Of a stretch of DNA of 64,000 bases, positions 24,550 to 37,570 are shown piece by piece. This DNA comes from Scyliorhinus canicula. Its lineage: Eukaryota. A model generated the notes under the pieces. It saw nothing but the letters and a program-made list of their open reading frames with translations, ran no database searches and had not been told where the DNA came from. The stretch is taken from NCBI RefSeq assembly GCF_902713615.1, contig NC_052156.1:109111858-109175857 (forward strand). The letters run 5' to 3'. The position numbers and the translations under genes were made by a program. Positions within the stretch are counted from its first letter, which is position 1, and each line of letters opens with the position of its first letter.

Positions 24550-25320
24550 TAAATAGTACACAGGAAAATGACATAGTAAAACATTCCAAGGCAGTGGTGT
24601 TGTCAGAAATCTGATACCAAGTCACATGAGATATTTGGACAGCTGGTTAAAATACTGATTGGCTTGGTTTTACGGAGGGTCTTAAATGAGAAGAAAGCTT
24701 TGGAGAGGAGGAGAACTTTATAGAGAGAATTCCGGAGCTTAGGCTCTAGGCAACCTGATGGCACAACTGCTTCTGATAAAGCAATTACAATCAGATGCTT
24801 GTGGGGTCAGAATTGGAAGACCGCGGAGATTTCAGATGGTTGTAGGACCTGAGGAGGTTACAGGAATAGAGAGGGGAATGGAGAGGTTTGGAAAAAAGTG
24901 CACACTTGTAAAATGTGTGGCTAGAAATGTCAATGTAGGTTGAGGGGTGGTGTGGGAACATAAGGTTGATGGATGCAAGTTAACAGCAGAAGTTTGAATA
25001 TGCTCGAGTTTATGGAAGGTGGAAGATGAGAAATGACCAGGAGAGCATTGGCATAGCCAGGTCTGGAGGTTACAATGCACGGGACAGTGGATTCCACAGC
25101 ACATGAACACGGGCAGTGATTGAGAGTGGTGATGTTATGGAGTTGGGGGTAGGTGATTTTGGTTTGAAATGGATATGTGCTGTGAAGTTCACCTGGGGGT
25201 GAAATAGGAATCCAAGATTCAGCTTCAGACGGTAACCAGAAAAAGGGATGGAGACTAGGCTCAGGAAGGTAGTTGTGACAAGGACCAAAGGCAGGGGCTT
25301 TGATCTTCCCAATGCTGTTT
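24550..25320 (-). mobile_element. Old L2/CR1-group LINE fragment
   Basis: Antisense remnants (LNLGFLFHPQVNF; HKLEHIQTSA); apparently continues at about 26745-27090 beyond younger inserts. Confidence 0.5.
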
Positions 25321-25354
25321 TAGACCCAATCATCATCATCACTGCACTGACTTC

Positions 25355-25920
25355 CCCTATAATGGAAAGTCAGAAGTGGGGATGTTTGCTGATGATTGAA
25401 AAGCCATGCAGTTTAATTTTCAACTCGGATGCCCGTATGCAAGAAAACCTGGACAACATTCAGGCCTGGACTAACAATTGGCAAGTAACATTCATGCCAA
25501 ACAAATCTCAGGTGCTGAGAGAATTAACCTGGTCCCTTGACATTCAATAGCATCACCATCACTGAATACCTCACCACTGTCAACATCCTGGAACTTACCA
25601 TTGACTAGAAACTTAGCTGGACAAGCTACATGAATACTGTGGCATAAAGAGCAGGTCAAAGATTGGTTGTTTTGCAGTGAGTAGCTCACTTCCTGACTCC
25701 CAACTTCTTTCCCATATCTGCAAGGCACAAGCCAGGAGTGTGGAATGCTCTTCATTTTTCTAGATGAGTGTAGCTCCAACAACACTCTTCATAGTGCACA
25801 ATAGAGCACTATACCGCTGAAGCAATTCATCAATGCTCCTTTAATGACACCGTCAATGAGGGATGGGCAATATGTGTTGGATTTGCCAGGAGTACCCACA
25901 TCATGAATGATAAAGAAAAA
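25355..25920 (+). mobile_element. CR1/L2-group LINE 3' fragment (same family as 60305-61490)
   Basis: MQENLDNIQAWTNNWQVTF; tail gggatgggcaat...cccacatcatgaatga. Confidence 0.75.
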
Positions 25921-26733
25921 TAAGTTCAGGAAAATTTCAGCTAATTCTGTACTGGATGTTGAACAACTGGTCTTATAAAGGAGGAATGGAGGCATAGACT
26001 GTTTTCTAAATGAGGAGATGTTTAGGAAATTAGAAGCACAAAGGGAGTCCTTGTTCACGATTCTCTTAAGGTTAACGTGCAGGTTCAGTCAGTAGTTGGG
26101 AAGGCAAATGCAATGTTTGCATTCATGTCGAGAGGGCTAGAATACAAGACCAGGGATGCACTTCTGAAGCTATATACGGCTCTGGCCAGACCCCATTTGG
26201 AGTATTGTGAGCAGTTTTGGGCCCCGTATCTAAGGAAGGATGTGCTGGCCTTGGAGAGGATCCAGAGGAGGTTCACAAGAATGATCTCTGAATTGAAGAG
26301 CTTGTCATATGAGGACTCTGGGTCTGCACCCATTGGAGTTTAGAAGGATGAAGGGAGATCTTATTGAAACTTACAGGATACTGTGAGGCCTGGATAGAGT
26401 GGACGTAGAGAGGATATTTCCACTTGTAGGAAAAACTGGAACTAGAGGACACAATCTCAGACTAAAGGGATGATCCTTTAAAACAGAGATGAGGAGGAAT
26501 TTCTTCAGCCAGAGGGTGATGAATCTGTGGAGCTCTTTGCCGCAGAAGGCTGTGTAAGCCAAATTACTGAGTGCCTTTAAGACAGAGATAGATAGGTTCT
26601 TGATTAATAAGGGGATCAGTAGTTATGAGGAGAAGGCAGGAGAATGGGGATGAGAAAAATATCAGCCATGATTAAATTGCAGAGCAAACTCAATGGGCCG
26701 AGTGGCCTAATTCTGTTCCTATGTCTTATGTTC
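25921..26733 (+). mobile_element. CR1 LINE 3' end
   Basis: ORF 26077..26343 (LKLYTALARPHLEYCEQFWAPYLRKD); tail cctatgtcttatgttct. Confidence 0.9.
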
Positions 26734-27453
26734 TGATAACGCAGAGAACATGGGGAAGTTGAGAGATAGATTAGTGACAGAGAGCTGGATGTCATCCGTG
26801 TACATGTGAAACCCGCCTTTGTTTTGAGCTGATATTGTTAAGTGGCAGGACGCCAATGAGAAATAGGAGAGACCCCTCTGAAATAATGGTGCAGGAATGT
26901 AAAGAGAAGCCATTGCAAGTCATTCTTTAGCTATGACTGGCTAGATATGAATGGAACCAGTCAAGTGCAGATGATGAAGAGGAGGTGCTGGAGGATGGTG
27001 TGGTCAAGTGACTTAAAGGCTGCTGACAAACTGAGGAAAAATTAGAAGAGTTAGTTTACCACTGTCATAGTCACATAGGATGCAATGTGCGGATAAACCA
27101 GCTAGCCATGTTTAAGTCTAAGTCCTTTAGACTTGAGGAAGGCAGTGACAGAGGTCATAACAAAGGGGACAACCCTGGCAATGTTAACTGGTGTGTAGAG
27201 AGAAGCTCGATACTCGGATTACGTTGCCCATAGGATAGTAGGTGATTGCAGTATCAAGCTTAGGGATGGATAGCTTTTTTTTCCGCGGCCTTCAAAGTTA
27301 TTTTTGTACACCTTTTTTCACCATAATCCTTTATATGTATCCCGAGAAAAGCATACGTAAGTGTTGCAAGTATTTTAGATCTGAAAATTAGTACTTTTTT
27401 CATTTGCTTTGATACAACATCCCAATAATTTTCTGTTAATTTATTTTCCACAG

Positions 27454-27549
27454 TGAGGAAGTCTGTATCTTGTCTGCTTCAGGCACAGCGGCGGTACTGA
27501 ATCCAAAGATGCTTCAAGACTGCAGTACGGAAGGCTGCAGTGAACACAG
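27454..27549 (+). CDS. C2CD5: C2CD5 coding exon (phase 2 to 2); alternative downstream donor at 27642
   Basis: cag|TGAGGAA...AG|gttgtc; EEVCILSASGTAAVLNPKMLQDCSTEGCSEHR; the frame stays open to a second donor GG|gtaggt at 27642/27643. Confidence 0.92.
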
Positions 27550-28381
27550 GTTGTCAAGGCAGCCTAGCTTCTTTTCCACAGGGTCAGAGAAGGGAGAGTT
27601 TGATTTTTTTCTTCAGTGCCAGGATAGTGCTTCTATATTAGGGTAGGTTAAACTATTACAGTGAAGGGGGCAGGTCCAAACAATTCATTTCGTTCTACTA
27701 ACAAAGTTTGAAATTTGGCATCGATTTGGCAAGAAATTGAAATGCTGTTGTTGTTACCTAACAGCTTGCATCAAGGTAACTCTAAAATACTAACCATACT
27801 TAATATTGCTCACTGATTTTCCACTTTGTAACTGGAGAAAATGTCTTGTGTTTCTTGTGATTTTGATGAAAGACTCAGGAAAGTCAAACTGAAGTGTGAT
27901 TTCAATAATGCATTAGCAAAGAATCGTGATTTTTTTTATGTCAGCATGTTAAGCCCCTGTCTTTCTGTATGTCCCACAGTAACTAGTATATTCATCTGTT
28001 TAGAACACTAATTTATAAAAAGCAAAGTGGGGTTCTAATTTCTTTCAGAATATAATTCTGTCAACACAGTTATGGCAGAATTGTTTTGGATGTATACACG
28101 ACTGCACAAAAATGTGGTTTATCCTTGTGGATTGTGTAGATGGAAATGCCTCTTGAATGGGTGAATAAGATTAACAGCTGATCTTTTCTTTTGAAATGCA
28201 GGAAGTTAGCAACAAAATTAGGGTTTTGTTTTTATTTAAAAGGCGCAGAAGAATAGTTGTATTGCCTAGTTTTCAACTTTTGAAGGGCCTCCTGTGCTGT
28301 TTGCAAAATACTTTCAAAAGTTAATTATGTTCATTTATTTTGTGGTTTAAGATTTCATTAGAATGTATCTCCGTTTTCCAG

Positions 28382-28573
28382 GTTGGATGATGCATCATCC
28401 CTGGGCTGCAGTTTCTGTCACATTCCATATGATGAGTTAAATATGCCTTTCCCTGCACACCTCACATATTGTTATGTTTGTCGGAAGCAGAAGGTTCCGG
28501 ATGTTCTCTTCACCACAATTGAACCTCCCTTGGAAGCGGCAGTAACTGGAAAAGGCTGCTTAATTCAGGCTAG
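28382..28573 (+). CDS. C2CD5: C2CD5 coding exon (phase 2 to 2), Cys-rich segment
   Basis: cag|GTTG...AG|gtaatg; LDDASSLGCSFCHIPYDELNMPFPAHLTYCYVCRKQKVPDVLFTTIEPPLEAAVTGKGCLIQAR (ORF track 28383..28577). Confidence 0.97.
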
Positions 28574-28672
28574 GTAATGCGCTCAGAGTTCAGACCATTT
28601 CAACCTGACTACATTTTACCATTGGGTGCTGAGAATAAGATGTACTGACATCTACTTATCTTGGTGATCTAG

Positions 28673-28859
28673 GCTATGTCGTCAAAAGAAGAAAACTCAG
28701 GGTGAGGCCAATGCCACAGCAATAAGCAATCTGTTGCCATTTATGGAGTATGAACTTCACACCCAGCTGATGAACAAGCTTAAACTGAGAGGAATGAATG
28801 CACTCTTTGGTCTAAGGATTCAGATTACAGTTGGTGAAAACATGTTGATGGGCCTTGCT
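28673..28859 (+). CDS. C2CD5: C2CD5 coding exon (phase 2 to 0)
   Basis: tag|GCTA...GCT|gtgagt after a 99-nt intron; LCRQKKKTQGEANATAISNLLPFMEYELHTQLMNKLKLRGMNALFGLRIQITVGENMLMGLA. Confidence 0.97.
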
Positions 28860-29029
28860 GTGAGTAAATATTTCTCTGAATATAGTTGAACATAGTGTTA
28901 AACCCCTCGCATAGTCGAACATTCCAATTTTGTATATTCCATTAACATGGATTCATTCCAGGAATGCTCACAACTCATTTATTTACTGTGTTTAAGCCTA
29001 AGTTTTGGCTTTCTTGGAGGGAGGCTTTT

Positions 29030-29293
29030 GTGCACGGTAGCACATTAATTAGCACTGTTGCTTCACAATGCTAGGATCCCAGGTTCGATTCCCGGCGTGG
29101 GTCACTGTTTGTGCGGAGTCTGCACATTCTTCCCCTTGTCTGCGTGGGTTTCCTCTGGTTGCTCCGGTTTCCTCCCACATGTCCTGAAAGACGTACTTGT
29201 TCGGTGAATTGGATATTCTGAACTTTCCCTCAGTGTATCCAAACAAGTGCCGGAATGTGGCGACATGGGGGTTTTCACAGTAACCTCATTGCA
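29030..29293 (+). mobile_element. V-SINE head and core with the alternative ggaatgtggcgac...ttttcacagtaac tail
   Basis: V core at 29101-29180 followed by the same tail as the 8662/30195/35491 SINEs. Confidence 0.85.
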
Positions 29294-29859
29294 TATCAAT
29301 TAATTTTACAAGCTCAAAGTCCAAAAGCAGCAGCTGCTGAAACAGTATCTTGGCACACATCTCCTCTGACATAATTTTGCGATGTCCTTTGCCTGCACCC
29401 TCTTAGAGATGGGTAATTGATTTGCTTCCTCGCCAGTCAGAGATGTAGCCTGTCTGTTAAGATCCCTGCGCCTATGTCGAAGCCTGAAAAGAAGTTCAAG
29501 GATTTTAAGAAACCAAGCTATTAGTGTGATCACCCAGTGGATGTGAAGCATAACTACAGATTTTGAATCTGCACTGGATTCTGCAGTACCTGTAAGAGAG
29601 AGATAGAGAGTTCACATTAGCTTACAGGAGGCTTGCATATGTCAGCTAAGGCATTAAACTTTATTTAAGCATTAAGCATTTGAAGTGATCACTGAGGCTT
29701 GTAAGGATGAACCTTACATCAGGGAAACTCTTAACGGCACAGCTTAAAATGCATTGCAAAATCCAAATGTGCATTAACTCTAAATCGGCTGTGAGAACAG
29801 GGATAATAACATTAGTGTCCTTGTTAGGAGTCAGTAGCACCAATATCAAGATCATGGTT

Positions 29860-30194
29860 GTTCAAAACCAATTCCACTGAAGGCTTACTTCAAAAATAGA
29901 ACATAGACGTCAATCATGGGAGACCTTTGCTCGGAAGAGACCTACTTGGAGGAACTTCCTGATTGAAGGGACAAAAATCTTTGAGAGCACCTGATGGCAG
30001 GAGGAGGCCCAGAAAAGGAGCCTGAGAAAGGAATGCCTGCAACTGAGCATCCAAGAACCAGTGTCGCCTTTTTGAAAGTCCTGCCAAGTGAGTGATTGAA
30101 GATGTGACTCGAGGATCAGGCTCATCAACCACGCAAGGACCCACAGAACCCGTGACCAGTAACACAGTATCTTTGATGGACAATCATACTCATT
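29860..30194 (+). mobile_element. RTE-like LINE 3' end
   Basis: Decayed WETFAR.RPTWR and C..C...SRIRLINH.RTH zinc-knuckle-like end. Confidence 0.55.
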
Positions 30195-30380
30195 ATGAAA
30201 TGAAAAATGAAAATCGCTTATTGTCACAAGTAGGCTTCAATGAAGTTACTGTGAAAAGCCCCTAGTCGCCACATTCCGGCGCCTGTCCGGGGAGGCTGGT
30301 ACGGGAATCGAACCGTGCTGTTGGCCTGCTTGGTCTGCTTTAAAAGCCAGCGATTTAGCTCACTGAGCTAAACCAGACCC
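30195..30380 (-). mobile_element. Short tRNA-derived SINE with (TTTCA)n tail
   Basis: Copy of 8662-8839. Confidence 0.88.
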
Positions 30381-31281
30381 TGGTTAGCGAGTGATGACCG
30401 CATTTTATTCATTATAGTCCCGTTAATGGAATAGCATCGTCATGACATATCAAACTTTACAAAATTTGGAAGATGTATCTTTCTTTCACATCATTTGCAT
30501 TTTAACATTTTTATCAACGCTAAGCATTAATAATATAAAATATTAACGTACCAAAAAAATGGCTCCCAATATTTCCTGCCTCTACTAGATGATCCGGGCC
30601 CAAGAAATAAAAGTGTTAACAAAACGGTTAAAAACTTGCCCAACATTGGGGCAAGTCGACCAAGTTAGTGCTGTTCCTTTAATTTGCATGCAACACTTCA
30701 CTCAATCTGTCAAAAAAAGTGGGCATGGAGTTTAAACGTCATGAGCTTGCCTGTGCATCCACACTTTAGGGTCGTCGCGCTGTGTATGTGTGGCAGTCCA
30801 GTGATTTAAGTCATGCATCTGAACGGAAGATATGGGCCAATGTTCCACATAATGTCTTAAAAAGGCAGGCACAGAGAAGAGCTGTGCGGATTTCCATGTG
30901 TGTTTGGGGGGGGGGGGGGGGGGGCACCATTTAAGAATCTGTGAGATGGGCAGAAAAATGAATATGGAAACAGAGCATGCATGTTTATCACTGTTGATAT
31001 CGAAGATTAGATAAGTTGTCTAAACTGAGCTTCCAGCTTCAATGTTGTAATGCCAAAGTGAAAGCACTCTTAATTTATATTAATATATTAAGTCTAAAAT
31101 CTGTGCACACTGCTCATCATCTTTATCTGTTATAAACCCCATGTCTGTATTTATAATTGAAACTGCCGTTATATTTCCTGATACTAACTATTTTTTGTGT
31201 TCTATTTGCACCTCGCCCCCCCCGCCCCTCCAAACCATAACCACCCCTCCAAACCATAACCACCCACACCCCTTGTTCTAG

Positions 31282-31446
31282 TCTGCAACTGGCCTGTATC
31301 TGACTGCACTGCCCTCTCCAGGTGGTATACAGATAGCAGGGAAGACTCCAAATGACTCTTCTTATGAACAACATATATCAAATATACAGAAAAAAATTAA
31401 TGATACGATCATAAAGAACAGGGAGATCTATGAAATTAATCCTCCC
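31282..31446 (+). CDS. C2CD5: C2CD5 coding exon (phase 0 to 0)
   Basis: tag|TCT...CCC|gtaagt; SATGLYLTALPSPGGIQIAGKTPNDSSYEQHISNIQKKINDTIIKNREIYEINPP. Confidence 0.97.
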
Positions 31447-31934
31447 GTAAGTACGAGCATCTTTGTGTGTGAGTATGTATGAACCAAAGAGAAACACCCA
31501 TAGACTTTGTGGATGGGGAGGGTGCGGAATGGTATTGGCAGCCTGTTCATTTTCAAGAAGATGGATTCTACTAGATAGAATTGCATAGCCATTTATTAAA
31601 CAGTAAACTTTGTTGGTGAAATCTTTCATAACTACAATCTTTAACTATATAAAGAAATAATTATAAGAAAGCAGTTAAAATCAAAGGTTTAGGTCTGTAC
31701 TTTCATACATCATTGTCACTTGATATTGGACGCCATTGGCATCTTCAAAATCAGAAATATGGGGGTAACTGGTTGGTAAGTGACATTAAAGGCTGAGGTT
31801 ACAAGTGCATACTCTACATTCTTAGATAATCAACAGTGTGACCTCCAGTGAGCCAGAAAATAAAGTGTCTTCATCTCTTGTTAGAGCACTTACAGTTTTC
31901 CGGTCCTGGAACAACGTGGGCAGTAGTAATTAAT

Positions 31935-32257
31935 CTACAGAATCCCTACAGTGTAGAAGGAAGCCATTTGGCCATCGAGTCTGCACCAACCTTTTGAAAG
32001 AGTACCCCACCTAGGCCCAATCCCCTACCCTATTCCCGTAACCCCACTTAATCTACTTGTTTTTGGGCACGAAGGAGCAATTTAGCATGGCCAATCCATC
32101 TATCTGCACATCTTTGGACTGTGGGGGAACCCGGAGCACCTGGAGGAAAGCCATGCAGACATGGGGAGAATATACAAGCCCCTCACAGTTACCCAAGGCC
32201 AGAATTGAACTCGGGTCCCTGGCGCTGTGAAGCAGCAGTGCTAACCCCTGTGCCATC
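31935..32257 (-). mobile_element. HE1-type V-SINE
   Basis: Head, V core and HER1-like tail in antisense. Confidence 0.85.
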
Positions 32258-33931
32258 CTTGGTGGAAGAATATATGAACCTTAATCAAATATCTCCACAC
32301 ACAAAGCCCCGCATCCGAATACAGGGGTTGAGAATCCTTGCAGAGTGATTGCCATCTGGGAGTTAAGAGGGCAACTGGTGGGGAGAAGTGAAATGACAGA
32401 AATTTAAAACTTCACTCAAACTGTTATATTTTAGCTCGGTTTAAACTACAAGCTAATTAAAAAAGTTGGATCAAAAAATAACTTGAAATAGGCAGAAATC
32501 GAAGATGACCGCAATATGTACTGTGGAATAGATTGTTGCAGTCTGGTTCGTAGTGACCACATGACTGGATACTATGCAGTTAGCACTGATCCAGTTGCAT
32601 GTAGAAGGCCACTTCATGCAAGAAGTTGTGGATCCCGCTCAATTTGCAATCCAACCAAAAGTTGGTTGATGCTGGAAGTCAGGTAAAATGTTCTCAAACA
32701 AAATGGATAAATATTTGTTGGTTAAGGGTATTATGAGTAATAAGGCAGATGAATGGAGGGGAGGTATAGATCAGCCATGTTGTAATTGAATAGCAAAACA
32801 GGTTTTCGTTAGGACCACTGAGCAACAAGCAGGCACTCTGCACTCCCAATAGTAAGGAGAAGTGCTTGCAGGAAAGATAAACAAAAGTACACATTTTGAA
32901 GCCTTTTTAAAATGGATAGCCCCTTTTTATGTATGTGTGTGTGTGTATATATTGAAGGTGCAGAAAAAATGTTTTGCATATTATATATTATCCTAGCAAA
33001 ATAAGTTGAACAGTAAGGGGTGCAATGGAAACCTGACTGACTTGGTTAAAACAAAAACTAATTTTGTGTGTGTTCATGTTCTAAGTTGTGTAGAGCGCTC
33101 ACAGCCACAGATGTTCCACAAGGAAGTGCAGCTCTGTGATGTGACAAGTTTCTGATCACACTTTACACATCACTTTGTAAAAATAAAAAGATTCACATTA
33201 TGTACCCTTGGCTGAAATTGATCATCAACCGCCTAATATAATTTGAAGGTTGTAGCGGTGATCTAGAATTAGGGTTTTCCTATAAGAACCTGATGTCAGT
33301 TGGAGATCCCTGTCTCATGAACATTGAATACAAGTGGCAGAAGGTTGCTGAATGTGTCTGGAAATAGTTTATCGAGTTAATATAGTTCTGGCTTTTTTTG
33401 TGTAAGCTTGTTCTAGGTGGCAATATCTCTCAAAGTTTGGTTGTGTAATTACTAGGCCAGTAATACTATATTTCCTGCCTTTATTCCGTGCAATTTTCCT
33501 GTTGCGCTACCACAGCCTGTGGGATGACTACCTTTGTGTCCTATTGATTATTGGAAACAGTGGGAGACAACCTTAAAGTAGCCTTTTTTAAACCACTTTG
33601 GTTTTACAGCAGTGACAATGGGATCCACCAGATTTGTGACTGGCCTTGTTCCCTAAATGTTATGCCTATTTATTCCGTCATGCAGGAGTCAGGGGCTCAC
33701 TCTAGCTGGCAAACTTGCATCATTCTCACTTAGAGCTGCTTCCCTCTATTTAGCTGTAACATTACACATCACCCACAACTAATGTCGGCATTTTCCAATT
33801 AAAGTACATAATTGCACCTAGACCAGCAAAGACCCTCGTGGATGTAAGCCCACTGAACCCATCACTCTTGAGTTCAATACCCTAAGAGTCATTACCATCT
33901 CAGAAGTTCATGTCTGGTTTAACTAGAGGAC

Positions 33932-34289
33932 AGGGACAGCACGGTAGCATTGTGGATAGCACAATCGCTTCACAGCTCCAGGGTCCCAGGTTCGATTCCG
34001 GCTTGGGTCACTGTCTGTGCGGAGTCTGCACATCCTCCCCGTGTGTGCGTGGGTTTCCTCCGGGTGCTCTGGTTTCCTCCCACAGTCCAAAGATGTGCAA
34101 ATTAGGTGGATTAGACATGATAAATTGCCCTTAGTGTCCAAAATTGCCCTTAGTGTTGGGTGGGGTTACTGGGTTATGGGGATAGGGTGGAGGTGTTAAC
34201 CTTGGGTAGGGTGCTCTTTCCAGGAGCCGGTGCAGACTCGATGGACCGAATGGCCTCCTTCTGCACTGTAAATTCTTTGATAATCTATG
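33932..34289 (+). mobile_element. HE1-type V-SINE, full length and young
   Basis: Highly similar to 15023-15358. Confidence 0.94.
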
Positions 34290-34911
34290 AAACCAGAGGT
34301 TGCCAAAACCTCGTGGGGAATGGTTTTCATTGGGAAATGATCAGTCCACAATACTTTACAAGACAAGTTTGAAGACTTCTGTATAAATTTGGAAGTAAGC
34401 AAAATGACTGTAATCCTGCAGAATCTGAAGTGGCTAGCCAAGATTCAACAAATTTAAATGTAAATTATAAGAAATATGGCACTAAACCCCATGTGGTTAA
34501 CAGTGAGCAGAACAGCCATATAAACCAGGAGGGTCGGAAGTTCATGTGAGATCATCTAAGCTCTATAACTGGAGGAGTGCAGTTTGTCTCGGCACCACTG
34601 CTGAGGGACGGTGAGGTTCCCATTTCTGATCACTGTGCAGTGATCCTGGTGTAAGTCCATGGTCTTGGGAACCAGTTGAAGACAGGATCAGGTTGGGTGG
34701 TGGATGATCCCTCCATTCTTCCAGCGGCAGTTATACCATCCAATGTCTAGTCTCAGATATTTACTTACATGAAGTACTGAAGGGTGACCAGAGCCCTTGG
34801 AATTGTACCCCTGCAGTACATCTGTACTTTAATTAAGTAGGAGAGGAAATGCATAGTGAAATCTTTTTATCAGCAATATTTATTTCCTGTCCAATACACC
34901 TCTGACAATAG

Positions 34912-35052
34912 GAGATCCTAGAGGAGCTACTTGGATCCCCAATCCCAGAAACAAGGCAGCGTTCCAGGCTATTTAGGTCCCAATCAGAAAGTTCAGACGA
35001 TGTTTCAGAACTGGATCTTTCACATGGAAAAAAGGATGCCTTTGTACTAGAG
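34912..35052 (+). CDS. C2CD5: C2CD5 coding exon (phase 0 to 0)
   Basis: tag|GAG...GAG|gtaagg; EILEELLGSPIPETRQRSRLFRSQSESSDDVSELDLSHGKKDAFVLE. Confidence 0.96.
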
Positions 35053-35309
35053 GTAAGGAAATGTTTATTAGTTAACCACCCTGTGGCTCTTGTTCAGAGT
35101 ATGAAGTCAGACACCTGAAGATTTTTTTAATTGGACTATATTCCACTGAACCAGGTAAACATCTTTAAAAAACTGCATTATATTTCTCCAAGCTCACTTC
35201 AATACCTGTGCCCTATATTCCACCAGATCAAGATTTTAATAAGGCAGTTGTATACTCAACCAGGCCCAGACCTTAATACCACTGCATTACATTCCATTGA
35301 ACATCAGTT

Positions 35310-36507
35310 CGGAACAGGAGTTAGGCACTTTGAATCTGCTTCACCATTCAATATGGTCATGAATCATATTTCATGTCAGTTCCACTTTCCCGCTTGCTCC
35401 CTATATCCCTTTATTCTCTGTGAGACGAAATATGTCTATCTCAGTCGTAACTATTCTCACCAGCAGAGTATGCACAACCCTCTGGGTTCGATGAAAATGA
35501 AATGAAAATCGCTTATTGTCACGAGTAGGCTTCAGTGAAGTTACTGTGAAAAGCCCCTAGTCGCCACATTCCGGCGCCTGTTCGGGGAGGCTGGTACGGG
35601 AATTGAACCGTGCTGCTGGCCTGCCTTGGTCTGCTTTAAAAGCCAGCGATTTAGCCCAGTGTGCTAAACCAGCCTCTGGTTAATTCCGAAGATTATCATT
35701 CCTCTGAATGACATTTCCCTTTATCTATGCCTTGGTGTTAATTTCCAAGGCAAGAGAAACAACTTCTCGGTGTCTATTTTGTCAAGACCATTCAGAATCG
35801 TGTATGTTTCAATCACCTCTCATTCCTCTCAAGCCTAGAGAGTTTCGGTCCAAGTTTACTCAGCCTTCCATCATAGGACAACCCCCTCCTCCGAGGAATC
35901 AGTACCATTGCTGTTGTGCCTGTGAGGCAAGAATATCATTCCTTAGATATGAAGAAGAGCTCATAAAATTCCAGGTGTGATCTCACCAAAGATTGTAACA
36001 CAACATTCTTGTTCTTGCACTCCAATGCCCTTGCTTGCTGTAACTGCATGCTATTTAGTCTTTTTGCGATTAAACCAGTGTCTACCTGAACATCAACATT
36101 TACAGGTTTCATGCCTTTTAAGAAATATTCAGCTTTTCTATTCTTACAACTAACTTGAATAGTTTCACACTTCCCCATAAAGCGCTATATTCCATTTGCC
36201 ACCTTATTACCCATTCACTTTTGTGTTCTCCTCACAGCTTATGTTCCTACCTAGCTTTGTATCATCAGCAAACTTTGATACATTACTCTTTGTCTCTTCA
36301 TCTAAGTCATTGATATAGATTATAAATAGTTGAGGTCCCAGCAGTGATCTTTTAGGCACTGTAGATTGTTAATTTGAAAATGCTTGTTCATCCCTATTCT
36401 CTGCTTCCTGTCCATTAACCAATCCTGTGTCCATGTTGCTATATTACCCCAAACTCTATGAACCCATATCTTGCTTATCAACTTTTCGTGTGGCACCATC
36501 TCAAATT
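35310..36507 (-). mobile_element. Decayed CR1 LINE with a SINE inserted at 35491-35674
   Basis: Antisense KFADDTK (tttgtatcatcagcaaac) and GKCETIQ...NRKAEYFL. Confidence 0.75.
35491..35674 (-). mobile_element. Short tRNA-derived SINE with (TTTCA)n tail
   Basis: Copy of 8662-8839; imperfect cctctgg(g)tt flanking duplication. Confidence 0.9.
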
Positions 36508-37289
36508 TGTTGCGAGCCCCATAGAGACCAATAACTTTAAAGAAGATACTTGAATTTCTGGTGAATGTCTGGTAGGATCACATGACCAGATTTCAAGTTT
36601 TAAGACTTTTACTGCAACAAGTCATTATGTAAGAATCTGAGAGCGAGCGGCAAACAAATTAACCAATTTATACTTAAGTAGGCAACTTATACTTATACTT
36701 AAAAGTGAACTTTAAAAATAGCTGAAAATCAGTTACAATTATCCAATATGCTGTCCCTCAAGTCAACGGACACTTGAATTCTCCCAGAACCCCTCCTAAG
36801 TTATTCTCCGCTGCCCATGTCATCCTTCCTATTTACATTCCCAACAGGGTAACTTCTAATCCCAGAAATGACTTTCACTGTGTAGGTTACATTGAAGATT
36901 CCTTCCTTTTAACCCAAGCTAAGTCAATCTTCCAGCCTCCTCTAACTTGTCACAAACTTGATTTTTTTCAATCTAAGCCCTATCTCCCACTTGTATTTTA
37001 CGTGGTAAACCATTTTTCCCCTCTGCTGCTTTCTCTCGCGCTCAGATTCTTACAAAATGATTTGTTTCTGTTAGGTTCAGTGATATCTTAGAAAACCATA
37101 TAACTCAATACCATAATGGCTTTCTATAGTCCTTTCCCTTCCCTTGCCTTTCCAAAGACCATTTCCATGGCAAAATGAATCATTAGAGCCGTGTATCCAG
37201 GTAGAAAGGTAATTAGATATCTTCTAGACGCATCCCCCAAATCATTCCATCTTTGAATTAAATAAATAATTAACCATCTCCCTACAACA
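36508..37289. mobile_element. Possible solo LTR
   Basis: TGTTG...CAACA ends that abruptly interrupt the CR1; no target-site duplication seen. Confidence 0.3.
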
Positions 37290-37359
37290 CTTGAGATTAA
37301 CTGTTGTTCAGAGGTATTTTTGTCATTGTCCACAATTGTGAACATTTTCCAACTTTCTT

Positions 37360-37570
37360 TTTATAAATTTAGAGTACGCAATTATTTTTTTCCAATTAAG
37401 GGGCAATTTGGCTTGGCCAATCCACCTACCCTGCACATCTTTGGGTTGTGGGGGTGAGACCAATGCAGACACGGAGAGAATGCAAACTCCACACATCCAG
37501 TGACTGAGGGCCGGGATCGAACCTGGGTCCTCAGTGCCTTAGGCAGTAATGCTAACCACCGTGCCACCCT
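37360..37570 (-). mobile_element. Short V-SINE with A-rich tail
   Basis: aaatttagagtac...ccaattaaggggcaattt...gctaaccaccgtgccacc. Confidence 0.87.

Noticed and set aside
33932-34005. tRNA-like A and B boxes
   Set aside because: These are SINE heads that run into V-SINE cores, not tRNA genes.
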